NCBI GenBank assembly: GCA_049695115.1
Contig: JBAVRP010000070.1
Location: 63-64,062 of the forward strand
DNA length: 64,000 bases
Source of the DNA: Burkholderiales bacterium
GTDB taxonomy: Bacteria; Pseudomonadota; Gammaproteobacteria; Burkholderiales; JBEEJL01
Direction: 5' to 3'
Part shown: piece after piece, positions 37,961-46,865 of the stretch
Layout: the number at the start of each line of letters is the position of its first letter
Numbering within the stretch: the first letter of the stretch is position 1
The notes under the pieces: generated by a model
Seen by the model: the letters and a program-made list of their open reading frames with translations, nothing else
The model's database searches: none
Told to the model about the DNA's origin: nothing
Position numbers and translations under genes: made by a program

Positions 37961-38899
37961 ATGCCTGAGAACGAAGTCGCCGTTGCCGTCGCCATCCTGA
38001 TCAAACCAAACGGCGAGTTCCTGCTGGCGCAACGGCCCCAGGGAAAAGTTTATGCCGGTTGGTGGGAATTTCCCGGCGGCAAAGTCGAGCCCGACGAAAG
38101 TATTCTCGACGCGCTTCAACGTGAACTGCATGAAGAACTGGGCGTCGATATCGAGCGCGCCTATCCGTGGCTGACTATCCGCCATTTGTATGAGCACGCC
38201 AGGGTGCGCCTGCATGTATACCGCGTCACGCAATGGCGCGGCGAACCGCACGGCAAGGAAAACCAGGCGTTTCGATGGCAATCAATCGATAACCTGACAG
38301 TCACGCCCTTGCTTCCCGCCGCCGCGCCGATGATCAAAGCCCTGGCATTACCGCCGGTTTACGCGATCACTAACGCCACTGAACTCGGCCAGGCGGATTT
38401 TTTTCAACGGTTGGATCGGGCGCTCGCAAACGGGCTGAAGTTGATCCAGGTGCGCGAGAAGAGTTTTTCCCCAGAGCAATTAAAAAAGTTTGCCCAGGGC
38501 GTTATCGTCAAAGCGCATGCGCATAATGCAAAAGTGCTCATCAACTCCAATTCGGTTTTGGCGCAATCCCTCAATGCGGACGGCATGCATCTCACTTCAG
38601 CGCAACTTCTGGCGCTTCAAGAGCGGCCGGATTTCGCCCTTGTTGGCGCGTCGTGCCACAATCAAAACGAACTACAACAAGCTGAAAAACTAGGCTGTGA
38701 TTTTGTGGCGCTTGGGCCGGTTAAGCAAACGCAATCACATTCTTATGCAAAAATATTGGATTGGGAAAACGCAACTAAACTCATTCAAGACTATTCTTTG
38801 CCGGTTTATGCGCTAGGTGGGATGCGGCAATCTGATATGGAAACTGCGTTGACACATAATTTTCATGGCGTGGCGATGCAGCGGGCAATTTGGCAATGA
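37961..38899 (+). CDS. Nudix hydrolase (MutT-like) fused to a thiamine-phosphate-synthase-like domain
   Basis: 312 aa. Nudix box GGKVEPDESILDALQRELHEELG in the N-terminal half. The C-terminal half is TIM-barrel ThiE-like (LIQVREK..., ALGGM). Confidence 0.85.
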   Translation: MPENEVAVAVAILIKPNGEFLLAQRPQGKVYAGWWEFPGGKVEPDESILDALQRELHEELGVDIERAYPWLTIRHLYEHARVRLHVYRVTQWRGEPHGKENQAFRWQSIDNLTVTPLLPAAAPMIKALALPPVYAITNATELGQADFFQRLDRALANGLKLIQVREKSFSPEQLKKFAQGVIVKAHAHNAKVLINSNSVLAQSLNADGMHLTSAQLLALQERPDFALVGASCHNQNELQQAEKLGCDFVALGPVKQTQSHSYAKILDWENATKLIQDYSLPVYALGGMRQSDMETALTHNFHGVAMQRAIWQ

Positions 38900-38910
38900 T
38901 GGGAGATAGG

Positions 38911-39483
38911 ATGTATTTATTTTTCGACACAGAAACGACCGGCATTCCAAAAAATTACAAAGCGCCTGCGTCAGACTCGCGCAACTGGCCGAGGCTGGTG
39001 CAGCTTGCATGGCTGTTGGTGGACAAGGACGGTAATGAGCAAAAAAGCGTTGAACATATTATCAAGCCAAATGGGTTTTCCATTCCCGCCGATGCAGCAC
39101 GCATCCATGGCATTACCAACGAAGTAGCAGCGCAAAAAGGCGTGGAATTAAAGCTTGCGCTGGAACAAATTACGGCAGATTTCGCCGGGGCAAAAATTTT
39201 GATTGCACACAATATGTCATTCGACGAAAAGATACTCGGCGCGGAATTGCTGCGTACGGGATTTGCCAATCAAGTGGAAAGCATGAAAAGAAAATGCACC
39301 ATGCTGGCGTCTGTCGACTTGTGCGCAATACCCGGCAACTACGGTAATAAATGGCCGAAATTGCAGGAACTTTACAAAAAACTATTTCAACAGGAATTCG
39401 CCGATGCGCACAATGCGCTGGCGGATGTACGCGCATGCGCGAAATGTTATTTTGAGTTGAAACGACTTGGTGTGATGAAGTAG
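38911..39483 (+). CDS. DEDDh 3'-5' exonuclease (DnaQ/epsilon-like)
   Basis: The ORF track starts at 38890. I prefer the ATG at 38911 (MYLFFDTETTG). Exo motifs are DTETTG, AHNMSFDEK and HNALADVRA. Confidence 0.85.
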   Translation: MYLFFDTETTGIPKNYKAPASDSRNWPRLVQLAWLLVDKDGNEQKSVEHIIKPNGFSIPADAARIHGITNEVAAQKGVELKLALEQITADFAGAKILIAHNMSFDEKILGAELLRTGFANQVESMKRKCTMLASVDLCAIPGNYGNKWPKLQELYKKLFQQEFADAHNALADVRACAKCYFELKRLGVMK

Positions 39484-39721
39484 TGGAAATTCCTCACACT
39501 TCAATGCGGGCGCTGGTCAGCCTTGACCACCGCGCCGGTTTGCGTTGACCAGCGTGTATTGGAATGAAAATCGCGCCTGAATTATTAGGCTCGGCTGTCC
39601 GCTTTAATCGATTGGCGCGCTCAAACTGCTAAATTCGCCCCAAAGCTGCCCGTCGCTCCCCGAGGAAAGCGGACATTCCGGCGGTAGTACTCAGCGCCCC
39701 GGGCGCTACAATCGTAAGCGG

Positions 39722-40663
39722 TTACAACCGATCCAGCGGGCTGGTGACATGCCGTGTTACCTCTAACACGTGGGTGTAAATCATGGTCGTTTGCAGATTG
39801 CGGTGCCCGAGCAAGAGTTGAATTGTCCGAATATCCGTCCCCGATGCGAGCAGTTGAGTTGCGAACGAATGGCGCAGCGTGTGAACCGTCGCGTGTTTCA
39901 AAATTCCCGCCTTCGCCACCGCCTGACGAAACGCGCGCTGGATTGTGGCAGGCGAAATGTGCCAACGGGCAAGACGCCCGCTTTGTCCCCAAGGTCGACA
40001 TACCGAAGACGGAAACGCGAACTGCCAAGCGAGGGATTCGGACGCCTTCGGATATTTTCGTTCAAGTGCGCCGGGAAGCGGTGCAAGGCCAGCGCCACGT
40101 GCTCGGTCATCGGTATGTAATTGTGCAACTTGCAGCAGGTGCCCTTGCAATCCTGCTTGTAATCGGCTGGGAAGCACTGTTGCGCGGTCTTTCCCGCCCT
40201 TGCCACCGCGAACATTAATGGTCGAGGAGACAAAATCAACATCTTTTACCCGTAGCGTGCAACACTCCTCAACGCGCAGGCCCGAACCAAACATGACCTG
40301 TGCCATCAATGCCGTCATGCCAGACATCTGCGATAGCACGGCGGATACCTCGCTTGAGGCCATCATCACCGGAATTCGCTTGCGCTGCTGCACACGATTC
40401 AGGTTACCCGTCTCGCCCAGTGGCGTAACGAGCACATCTCGATAGAGAAACACAATAGCGTTAAGTGCCTGGGTTTGCGTTGATACGGCGACGTGGCGCT
40501 GAACGACCAGGTGATTGAGAAACTGCGTAACCTCCCCCTCGCGCAGTTCGCGGGGATGATGTTTGCCATGGAAGAAAATATACTGCCGAATCCAATACCG
40601 ATAGGCTTCTTCGGTGCGCGGGCTGAGATGCCGGCGTCGACAGACCGCATGGACTTGATCCAT
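39722..40663 (-). CDS. intI: integron integrase
   Basis: 313 aa tyrosine recombinase. N-terminus RRRHLSPRTEEAYRYWIRQYIFFH. The IntI-specific extra segment is present (ALERKYPKASESLAWQFAFPS). Catalytic residues are intact (GLRVEE, HTLRHSFAT, LLGHRNLQTTMIYTHV). Confidence 0.9.
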   Translation of the reverse strand: MDQVHAVCRRRHLSPRTEEAYRYWIRQYIFFHGKHHPRELREGEVTQFLNHLVVQRHVAVSTQTQALNAIVFLYRDVLVTPLGETGNLNRVQQRKRIPVMMASSEVSAVLSQMSGMTALMAQVMFGSGLRVEECCTLRVKDVDFVSSTINVRGGKGGKDRATVLPSRLQAGLQGHLLQVAQLHTDDRARGAGLAPLPGALERKYPKASESLAWQFAFPSSVCRPWGQSGRLARWHISPATIQRAFRQAVAKAGILKHATVHTLRHSFATQLLASGTDIRTIQLLLGHRNLQTTMIYTHVLEVTRHVTSPLDRL

Positions 40664-40822
40664 CAGGCGAGGCGGGGAACCGGGGTTAAAGTGAGGGGTT
40701 GGGCGAATTGGACCCCATAAGTGTCGCTCCTAGTTGAGGGTTAAATTCGCCACACTACATCAAAAGGCGCGATCTGTATTATCATTACATATGCGGACCC
40801 ACTGCCAAGCAAAATGCCAATG

Positions 40823-40835
40823 AATCAAATCGTTA
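40823..40835 (+). repeat. AT-rich element core AATCAAATCGTTA in the integron attI region
   Basis: CAATGAATCAAATCGTTACAGT. It overlaps the candidate Pc -35 box. Confidence 0.65.
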
Positions 40836-40860
40836 CAGTGAAACGACAAGTTTCTAGAAT
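40833..40860 (+). promoter_or_regulatory. candidate cassette promoter (Pc-like)
   Basis: TTACAG, 16 nt, TAGAAT, reading toward the cassette and 36 nt upstream of the attI core. Sequence inspection only. Confidence 0.3.
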
Positions 40861-40895
40861 ATTAATATCCAGATCGACGGATCCGGTGAATAACT

Positions 40896-40902
40896 GTTGG
40901 GC
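40896..40902 (+). other. attI recombination core GTTGGGC (GTTRRRY)
   Basis: Matches GTTRRRY and lies 12-18 nt upstream of the cassette ORF start. It is the perfect reverse complement of GCCCAAC at 41491-41497, as expected for the two ends of one cassette. Confidence 0.55.
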
Positions 40903-40919
40903 GCTCTGAAAAAGTGAGG

Positions 40920-41465
40920 ATGGCGGTGATCCGCTTCGGACTACTTGTTATTGCTGGTCTGTTCTGGACGCCATGTCTGGCAGAACCTCTTGTGACCATT
41001 GCATGCCACGAGCCCAAGGGCTCCCGTATGGAGTACGGTGCGTCGGCTCGGGAGCGTGTGCGCGCGGAGATTGACAAAAAGTCCGAGCCAAAGCCCCAAT
41101 TGAGGGGACCGACGAAAGATGGTTATGACATGAACCCCACTTTTGTCGTTGATTCTGGCAAAAAGAAACTTACTGTTACTTGGTCCGAGTCGGCGTCTGA
41201 CGTGAAGTTGAGAAAGCAACTCAAGGCAGCGAATTTGCCGGCGCCATCGTTGCCACCCACTGTTGAAGCCGATATCGTTTTGTTCGAGCCCGATCAGATT
41301 TCCGCGCTTCAGGTTACTCCGCCCAACGCGGTAACCATGTACTCGTTTTTTCCAAAGCTTGGCACCGCGTTTTTCACTACTCAAGCCCACGAGTTGAGCG
41401 GCAAAAATTCGCAACAGATGTCGGTGTTTTCAGCCTGTGAGTTCTCGTGGAACCGTCCACGGTAA
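40920..41465 (+). CDS. integron cassette ORF: secreted protein of unknown function
   Basis: The ORF track starts at GTG 40914. The ATG at 40920 has AGTGAGG just upstream. Signal-peptide-like N-terminus AVIRFGLLVIAGLFWTPCLAEP. No family recognised. Confidence 0.7.
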   Translation: MAVIRFGLLVIAGLFWTPCLAEPLVTIACHEPKGSRMEYGASARERVRAEIDKKSEPKPQLRGPTKDGYDMNPTFVVDSGKKKLTVTWSESASDVKLRKQLKAANLPAPSLPPTVEADIVLFEPDQISALQVTPPNAVTMYSFFPKLGTAFFTTQAHELSGKNSQQMSVFSACEFSWNRPR

Positions 41466-41490
41466 GGTGCAAGCGCCTTCGAGTAGGCGC

Positions 41491-41560
41491 GCCCAACCCG
41501 GCGCCGCACACGGACGCGCGCCATAAAGCCGGCGCGCGCCGGTGGGCTCTACGGTTGAAC
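41491..41560 (+). other. attC site (candidate)
   Basis: GCCCAAC (RYYYAAC) is at 41491-97 and GTTGAAC (GTTRRRY) at 41554-60, 70 bp apart. The internal arms GCCCA-AC-CCGGCGC (41491-504) and GCGCCGG-TGGGC (41536-47) pair with a 2-nt bulge. An alternative, degenerate R' is GGTGGGC at 41541-47. Confidence 0.5.
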
Positions 41561-41783
41561 GGCGGGTTTTCGGTAGGGTCCAGAGGATCATTTCAATGGC
41601 CGCAATTGGCCGGTTTTGTCGGCGACACAAAATCTCAATTGCAGACGTTGGAATGTTATTAACTAAAGATGGTCGGAACAAGCTGGGTATCGAAAAGGGG
41701 TCAATCCAAACCGGCACTGGTGGTCAACTGCGTCGGAATACGCACTTCAAGGGCGGGGATAGAACCACTTGTGCAGCCTGCAC

Positions 41784-42626
41784 CTATTTCGCCACGAGTT
41801 TATAGCGATGCACATCACACACCGCTTGATAGCCGATACTTAAATACATTTTATTGCTGACAGGATTCCCCACTTCGGCAAACAGGCAGGCGTAGCGTTT
41901 GCCGCTATCCAGAATGATTTGCGCCAATGCGGCGTTGGCGGCTGCGCCGTAGCCTTTGCCGCGTTTATCCGGCGGCGTGTAAACTACGGACACGCGTTCG
42001 GCATTAGGCGTCGGCTGGTTGCGCAATAACATGGAAACCGCTCCGCCGTCGTCCCACAAATACAGGCGCCTCTCTTCCAGCGCAATCAGCACCATGTCCC
42101 TGATGCCTTGCGCGTCGCCAAAATCCACTTCGCTGTCGAATGCTTCCGCCCAATCAGCAGCCTGTTTTGCATCGGCACGATCCGCGAGGCGAAGCTCACC
42201 CGTCACTGGCCGCGGAACGATGATTTTTTGCAATTGATAAATTCTTAGCGGGTAATCTTCAATGAAATCCACATTGCTTGCTTTACTCCAGCGGGCGGCA
42301 AATTCGCGCGCAGTCTGTTCATCGGCGGATAAATCGTCCGGCGACAGATTTCTCCGCTGCATGTCGTCGATCAGCAAATCAATCATCGCTGGCGACATGG
42401 ATGTCGCGTGCATCGGCTTGTTCGCTGCGAAAAATGCAGAGGCAACCGTCTGATCGTTGCGTTGGATGCTGGCGAAATAGGCGCAGCTGTCGTTCCTGCC
42501 GGGTTTGTCGCGCAAGCGCATGGAACTACCCAGCATGACGCAATGGGCGATTTCATTCTGCAGCAGAAATTCGCCGCAGGCGTTGAGAAAATCGGCGGCG
42601 CTTGGATGGTTAAGCAGCTTTAGCAA
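41784..42626 (-). CDS. GNAT family N-acetyltransferase
   Basis: 280 aa. The C-terminal acetyl-CoA motif is PPDKRGKGYGAAANAAL. Confidence 0.85.
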   Translation of the reverse strand: MLKLLNHPSAADFLNACGEFLLQNEIAHCVMLGSSMRLRDKPGRNDSCAYFASIQRNDQTVASAFFAANKPMHATSMSPAMIDLLIDDMQRRNLSPDDLSADEQTAREFAARWSKASNVDFIEDYPLRIYQLQKIIVPRPVTGELRLADRADAKQAADWAEAFDSEVDFGDAQGIRDMVLIALEERRLYLWDDGGAVSMLLRNQPTPNAERVSVVYTPPDKRGKGYGAAANAALAQIILDSGKRYACLFAEVGNPVSNKMYLSIGYQAVCDVHRYKLVAK

Positions 42627-42643
42627 TGAGGGAAAGAATTCGT

Positions 42644-43084
42644 TTATTTGCGCAATACGTTAGCCTGCACGTCCAGTTCGAGAGTTTCGGCGCCGCGTTT
42701 GATGCTGAGTTTGAGAGGGACTTTTTCCCCAGGCTTTAGCGGCTGCTTCAGGTCCATCAGCATAATATGATAGCCGCCGGGCGCGAGATTAACGATATGG
42801 AATTCCGGCAAATCCAGGGTTTCGACTTCGCGCATTACCATCACGCTTTCCTTCATTTCCATGTTGTGAATTTCTGCGCGTTTCGCCGCAGACGTTTCCA
42901 CTTTCACCAGCTTTGCGGCTTTGTCGCTGGTGATAGTCATGTACGCCACGCCGGTTAACTGGCCCGGATGCGTTGCGCGCACCCACGCATCGGTGACTCG
43001 GATGCCTTCAACAGGACCTGCAGCCAGCGCAAGGAGGGGCGAAATCAGCAGAAATAACGCAAATATATAAGTCTGTCGCTTCAT
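42644..43084 (-). CDS. periplasmic copper chaperone PCu(A)C (DUF461)
   Basis: 146 aa with a signal peptide. H/M copper motif EIHNMEM...GGYHIMLM. Confidence 0.85.
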   Translation of the reverse strand: MKRQTYIFALFLLISPLLALAAGPVEGIRVTDAWVRATHPGQLTGVAYMTITSDKAAKLVKVETSAAKRAEIHNMEMKESVMVMREVETLDLPEFHIVNLAPGGYHIMLMDLKQPLKPGEKVPLKLSIKRGAETLELDVQANVLRK

Positions 43085-43110
43085 CGTAGAATCCTTAAAT
43101 ATATTAATAT

Positions 43111-43123
43111 AATCAATTAGTTA
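43111..43123 (+). repeat. AT-rich junction element core AATCAATTAGTTA
   Basis: Lies in the 41-bp bioC/PCu(A)C spacer. Confidence 0.8.
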
Positions 43124-43125
43124 TA

Positions 43126-44004
43126 TTATTTTAAGCTTTGAAAGCTTTTATTGCGGCGAAACTCGATGACTTGTCTGCCGTCTTGCGTGAGCTTTTGTTG
43201 TTCGCCTTTCCACGCGTGGCCATAAACGATTTCATAAGTAGCGGGCAGTTTACCATCGGCGCGAAACCCTTCGTACCGGTGAGTAACGTTTGTGAGGTGA
43301 TTCTGGTTTGCAGCGTGACGTAACATTTCCGGCAGCAGGTTTTCCTCACCCGTGCGATGCAAATCCTGCAACAGATCATCCACCTTGGCATAAGTCAGCG
43401 TCAGGGTTTCCATGTCCATGACCGGCGCGGTGAATCCGTTATGCGACAACACATCGCCGACATCATGCATGTCGATCAGGCGTTTCATATTTGCATCGCC
43501 ACTGGCGGCGCGCAATTCTTTCAATGTGTCCGGCCCGAGCAGGCTGAACATCACCAGCCCGCCGGATTTCAATACCCGTTGCGCTTCCTTGAATGCTGTA
43601 TCGGGATCGTGATGATGCAGGGCAAGATTGGACCAAATCATGTCGACGCTGGCGGCGCGTAGCGGCAAACGGGTGAAATCGCTGCAAGCGCATTGAGTCG
43701 CTGATTTTTCCAACCCCAGCCAGCGTTTCCATTTTGCAATCGGCGGAAAAGCTTGCGACAAAATTTGCGGCTGTGTTTCCAGCGCAATAATCGACGCAGC
43801 CGGATAATGTTGTTGCAACAAACCCGTGCCGAAGCCGGTGCCGGCGCCAACGTCGATGATGAGCCTGGGCGCGTGTTTCAGATAAGCCAGACGTTCGGAC
43901 ATGCGTTGGGCGACTTCGCGCTGCAATACTGTGGCTTCGTTGTACGCGGCCGCAGAAAGAATATTTATTTGAAGGGAGGGCGGACGGAAAGGCTTATCTG
44001 GCAT
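43126..44004 (-). CDS. bioC: malonyl-ACP O-methyltransferase BioC-like SAM methyltransferase
   Basis: 292 aa. SAM motif IIDVGAGTGFGT. The N-terminal region is typical of BioC (Y.E.A.LQREVA.RM.ERL). Close to bioB. Confidence 0.72.
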   Translation of the reverse strand: MPDKPFRPPSLQINILSAAAYNEATVLQREVAQRMSERLAYLKHAPRLIIDVGAGTGFGTGLLQQHYPAASIIALETQPQILSQAFPPIAKWKRWLGLEKSATQCACSDFTRLPLRAASVDMIWSNLALHHHDPDTAFKEAQRVLKSGGLVMFSLLGPDTLKELRAASGDANMKRLIDMHDVGDVLSHNGFTAPVMDMETLTLTYAKVDDLLQDLHRTGEENLLPEMLRHAANQNHLTNVTHRYEGFRADGKLPATYEIVYGHAWKGEQQKLTQDGRQVIEFRRNKSFQSLK

Positions 44005-44031
44005 GGCGCCATTTTACCTGAAGCGGCTGGG

Positions 44032-45012
44032 TCAGAACCTGGTGGTCAAGCCCAATACCGCCGACCAGTCGCTGGTGAGTTGCACGCCGTTCACGTCTTG
44101 GTACAGCGGTTTTTGCACAAAGCCATAGAACTGCCAATCCCTGCCGAATAAATAACTCGCGCCAGGGCTGATAGAAAGTGAGCGGCCGCCGCTCAGGTCC
44201 GGCTCGGCCTTGTTGCCGCTATCTCTGTTCCTGGCGCTGTAATTAAGCTGCAACATTAAACCCCAGTTGCGCGCCACTTGGCGCAAATAGCCCATATCCA
44301 GATTCAAGCGCCTGCCGGGTTTGAAGTCATCGCGCTCGTTCAACGGCGCTTGCAATTGCGCTTGTGCGAACCAGGAAGTATTTCGTTCGAACTGGGTATT
44401 GCGATAATAAGCACCCAGCACGACATCAGTCGTGCCGCTGCCGGGCTGCAGAGAACGTTCGGCCAACTGCCCCTGGTCATTGCTGACATTGATTTGTCCC
44501 GTCGGCAGCTTGAGTCCAAACGTCATGCCGGCCTGCGCGCCGCTTTGTTTGCCTGTGGCCGGCAAATTGTAGCGGCCGAGCACCCGCGCGTCGCCGAGTT
44601 TGCTGAAATTCCATTCCTCTGTCACAGGCCCGGTCGTGCCGTTGAAAGCATGCGCGTGATTTCGTTTTACAAAAGGCATGGAGAAGCTGATCCCCCATGA
44701 GCGGGAGAGATTGTAATCCCATGTTGCCACTGCATTCTGATTGCGGGTTTTGATTTCGTCTTCTGCGCCCGGTATTTGCAGCGGGGAAATGGTGCTTGTG
44801 CCGGAGCGAAGTTGATTCAGGTTGATATATTCGTAGCGCAAATCAAAACGGCCGCCGCTGTCCGCCCACTCGCCTTGTATATCCCAGTCGGTATTGACGC
44901 TGCAAAAAGACGCGCCGCAGCCCGCGAAAGCCGGCAGAGTAAATACGCTGACGCCGAAAGCGGCGAGAGCAAAGATTATTTTTTGACCGGAGGTTTTGCG
45001 GAACGGGGACAT
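44032..45012 (-). CDS. outer-membrane beta-barrel protein (MetA-pathway/transporter-like family)
   Basis: The ORF track starts at 45039. I prefer the ATG at 45012 (MSPFRKT). Signal peptide, alternating beta-strand pattern and a terminal F (LGLTTRF). The family name is tentative. Confidence 0.6.
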   Translation of the reverse strand: MSPFRKTSGQKIIFALAAFGVSVFTLPAFAGCGASFCSVNTDWDIQGEWADSGGRFDLRYEYINLNQLRSGTSTISPLQIPGAEDEIKTRNQNAVATWDYNLSRSWGISFSMPFVKRNHAHAFNGTTGPVTEEWNFSKLGDARVLGRYNLPATGKQSGAQAGMTFGLKLPTGQINVSNDQGQLAERSLQPGSGTTDVVLGAYYRNTQFERNTSWFAQAQLQAPLNERDDFKPGRRLNLDMGYLRQVARNWGLMLQLNYSARNRDSGNKAEPDLSGGRSLSISPGASYLFGRDWQFYGFVQKPLYQDVNGVQLTSDWSAVLGLTTRF

Positions 45013-45087
45013 GGCTACAATATAGCAAAAACCAGCCAAATTACAAGTCTTTGGGCAACTATCGGGGTTATACAGCAGGAACCCATG

Positions 45088-46080
45088 CTACAAGCTTTGT
45101 GCATGCAGCCCTAATTTTTCCATCAGCAATTTATCGCACGCAGCTTCCGGGTTGCCAGTGGTGAGCAATTTGTCGCCGTAAAAAATCGAATTGGCACCGG
45201 CGAGAAAACATAAAGCCTGCGTCGATTCGGACATTTCCTGCCGGCCTGCAGATAAACGCACATAACTTTTCGGCATGGTAATACGCGCGACGGCGAGCGT
45301 GCGCACGAATTCCAGCGGATCGAGTTTATCGGTGCCATATAATGGTGTGCCTTCGATTTGCACCAGATTATTGATCGGCACAGATTCCGGTTGCGGACTC
45401 ATGTTCGCCAGTTGCGCAATCAAACCGGCGCGCGCGCGCCGCGTTTCGCCCATGCCGACTATGCCGCCGCAACATACGTGGATGTCAGCGCTGCGGACTT
45501 TATCGAGAGTATCGAGGCGATTTTGATATTCGTGGGTGGTGATAATGTCGCCGTAAAATTCCGGCGCAGTGTCGAGATTGTGATTGTAGTAATCGAGACC
45601 GGCAGTTTTCAATTGCTCGGCTTGGCCGTCACGCAACATGCCCAACGTGGCGCAAGTTTCCAGCCCCAGTGATTTCACCGCTTTCACCATTTCCAGCACT
45701 GGCTCCAAATCTTTTTGTTTCGGCCCGCGCCACGCCGCACCCATGCAAAAACGCGAAGCGCCATTGGCTTTCGCGGCTTTGGCGGCGTTGAGCACTTCCT
45801 GCAACGGCAAAATTTCTTGATTGGCGACGCCGGTATCGTAACGCGCGGCCTGCGGGCAATAGCCGCAATCTTCCGGGCAGCCGCCTGTTTTGATCGACAG
45901 CAAAGTGGAAAGCTGCACCGCGTTCGGCTCGAAATTTTCGCGGTGTATGGTCTGCGCCCGAAACAGCAAATCGTTGAACGGCAGGTCGAATAATCTTTCA
46001 ACCGCCTCAACGGAAATATTTCCAGCTCCCGCGCGGGCGGGTTTGGCTGCAATCACTTCGCGTATGGGAATCGGGTTCAT
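45088..46080 (-). CDS. bioB: biotin synthase
   Basis: 330 aa. Radical-SAM CxxxCxxC ([12 protein letters not shown]) and YNHNLDT motif. Confidence 0.96.
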   Translation of the reverse strand: MNPIPIREVIAAKPARAGAGNISVEAVERLFDLPFNDLLFRAQTIHRENFEPNAVQLSTLLSIKTGGCPEDCGYCPQAARYDTGVANQEILPLQEVLNAAKAAKANGASRFCMGAAWRGPKQKDLEPVLEMVKAVKSLGLETCATLGMLRDGQAEQLKTAGLDYYNHNLDTAPEFYGDIITTHEYQNRLDTLDKVRSADIHVCCGGIVGMGETRRARAGLIAQLANMSPQPESVPINNLVQIEGTPLYGTDKLDPLEFVRTLAVARITMPKSYVRLSAGRQEMSESTQALCFLAGANSIFYGDKLLTTGNPEAACDKLLMEKLGLHAQSL

Positions 46081-46134
46081 AGTGCTGGCCGCAGTCAGGT
46101 AAAATGATTTGTATCTTCAGCGAATCGCGCTTCG

Positions 46135-46854
46135 ATGTCAATTTCAGCCGCTATCAGCCGCATATTCAATAAGTCAAAAATCGCCTTGCCGCAGGATTGT
46201 CTTTTGTGCGCGGCGCGGGCCCACGTGCAGCCCCTGTGCGAAGCGTGCGAGCAGGCATTGCCTTATCATGACGCACCCGCATGCCCACAGTGCGCGCTTG
46301 CTACCACTGCCGCCCGCGTATGCGGTGAGTGTCTGCGCCACCCACCGGTATTTGATGCGACATTGGCAGCGTTCGACTATCGCTTTCCCGTCGATATCCT
46401 GGTGCATCAGATCAAATACCATAGCAATCTCGCACTGGTCAATTTCGTCGCTAACAGTTTATTGCGCAAACTGCGCAATGCTGAGAAGCCGGTTCTGATT
46501 CTGGCGATGCCCTTGCACAGCGCACGGTTGCAACAGCGCGGATTTAATCAATCGGCGGAAATTGCCAAGCAGTTAACGCGACTATGGAGCGTGCCGTTGC
46601 AATTGGACGGCTACCAGCGCATCCGCCATACCGAGGAGCAAGCTGGCTTGCCGTGGAAAGAACGTCACGCCAATGTGCGCGGCGCGTTCTCCTGCGATCT
46701 TGATTTGCGCGGTAAACATGTGGCAGTGATTGATGATGTCATGACCACCGGCGCGACGCTGAACGAATTTGCCAGCACGCTCAAAAAATCCGGCGCGGAA
46801 AAAATATCTGCCTATGTAGTAGCCAGAACGTTAAAAAAAGAATTTTCAATATAA
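46135..46854 (+). CDS. comF: ComF family protein (phosphoribosyltransferase-like)
   Basis: 239 aa. N-terminal Cys pairs (CLLC...CEAC, CPQC...CGEC) and PRTase motif VAVIDDVMTTGATL. Confidence 0.85.
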   Translation: MSISAAISRIFNKSKIALPQDCLLCAARAHVQPLCEACEQALPYHDAPACPQCALATTAARVCGECLRHPPVFDATLAAFDYRFPVDILVHQIKYHSNLALVNFVANSLLRKLRNAEKPVLILAMPLHSARLQQRGFNQSAEIAKQLTRLWSVPLQLDGYQRIRHTEEQAGLPWKERHANVRGAFSCDLDLRGKHVAVIDDVMTTGATLNEFASTLKKSGAEKISAYVVARTLKKEFSI

Positions 46855-46865
46855 TCAATGAGTTA
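46853..46865 (+). repeat. AT-rich junction element core AATCAATGAGTTA
   Basis: Fills the 3-bp comF/trmL gap. The trmL ATG (46858-60) lies inside the core. Confidence 0.8.

Larger units (their letters stand above)
39722..41560. mobile_element. small chromosomal integron: intI (-), attI, one gene cassette (+) with attC
   Basis: Divergent intI/cassette layout. GTTGGGC at the cassette 5' boundary is the exact complement of the GCCCAAC (R'') that opens the downstream attC. See the component features. Confidence 0.75.

Noticed and set aside
39520-39553. Nested hairpins (CGCTGGTCA...TGACCAGCG) downstream of the exonuclease gene, considered as a terminator or attC remnant.
   Set aside because: There is no T-tract, no RYYYAAC/GTTRRRY ends, and the loop is 25 nt. 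No function can be assigned from sequence.
39630-40751. 10-bp direct repeat TAAATTCGCC at 39630-39 and 40742-51, bracketing the intI ORF.
   Set aside because: It is short. One copy lies inside the attI region rather than at an element boundary, and there is no supporting inverted-repeat or insertion structure. It is probably chance.
40774-40790. CTGTATTATCATTACAT upstream of intI as a LexA box, given that integron integrases are often SOS-regulated.
   Set aside because: The right half-site is TACA/ACAT rather than ACAG at the required 8-bp spacing. It is worth a PWM check, but the sequence alone does not support it.
41653-41665. GTTATTAAC as an attC core for a second cassette.
   Set aside because: It does not fit GTTRRRY (RRR would be ATT), and there is no paired RYYYAAC with intervening dyad symmetry.
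41542-41805. 87-aa plus-strand ORF starting inside the attC and running into the GNAT gene 3' end.
   Set aside because: It starts at a GTG within the attC palindrome and overlaps the GNAT stop region. It has no RBS and no recognisable motif.
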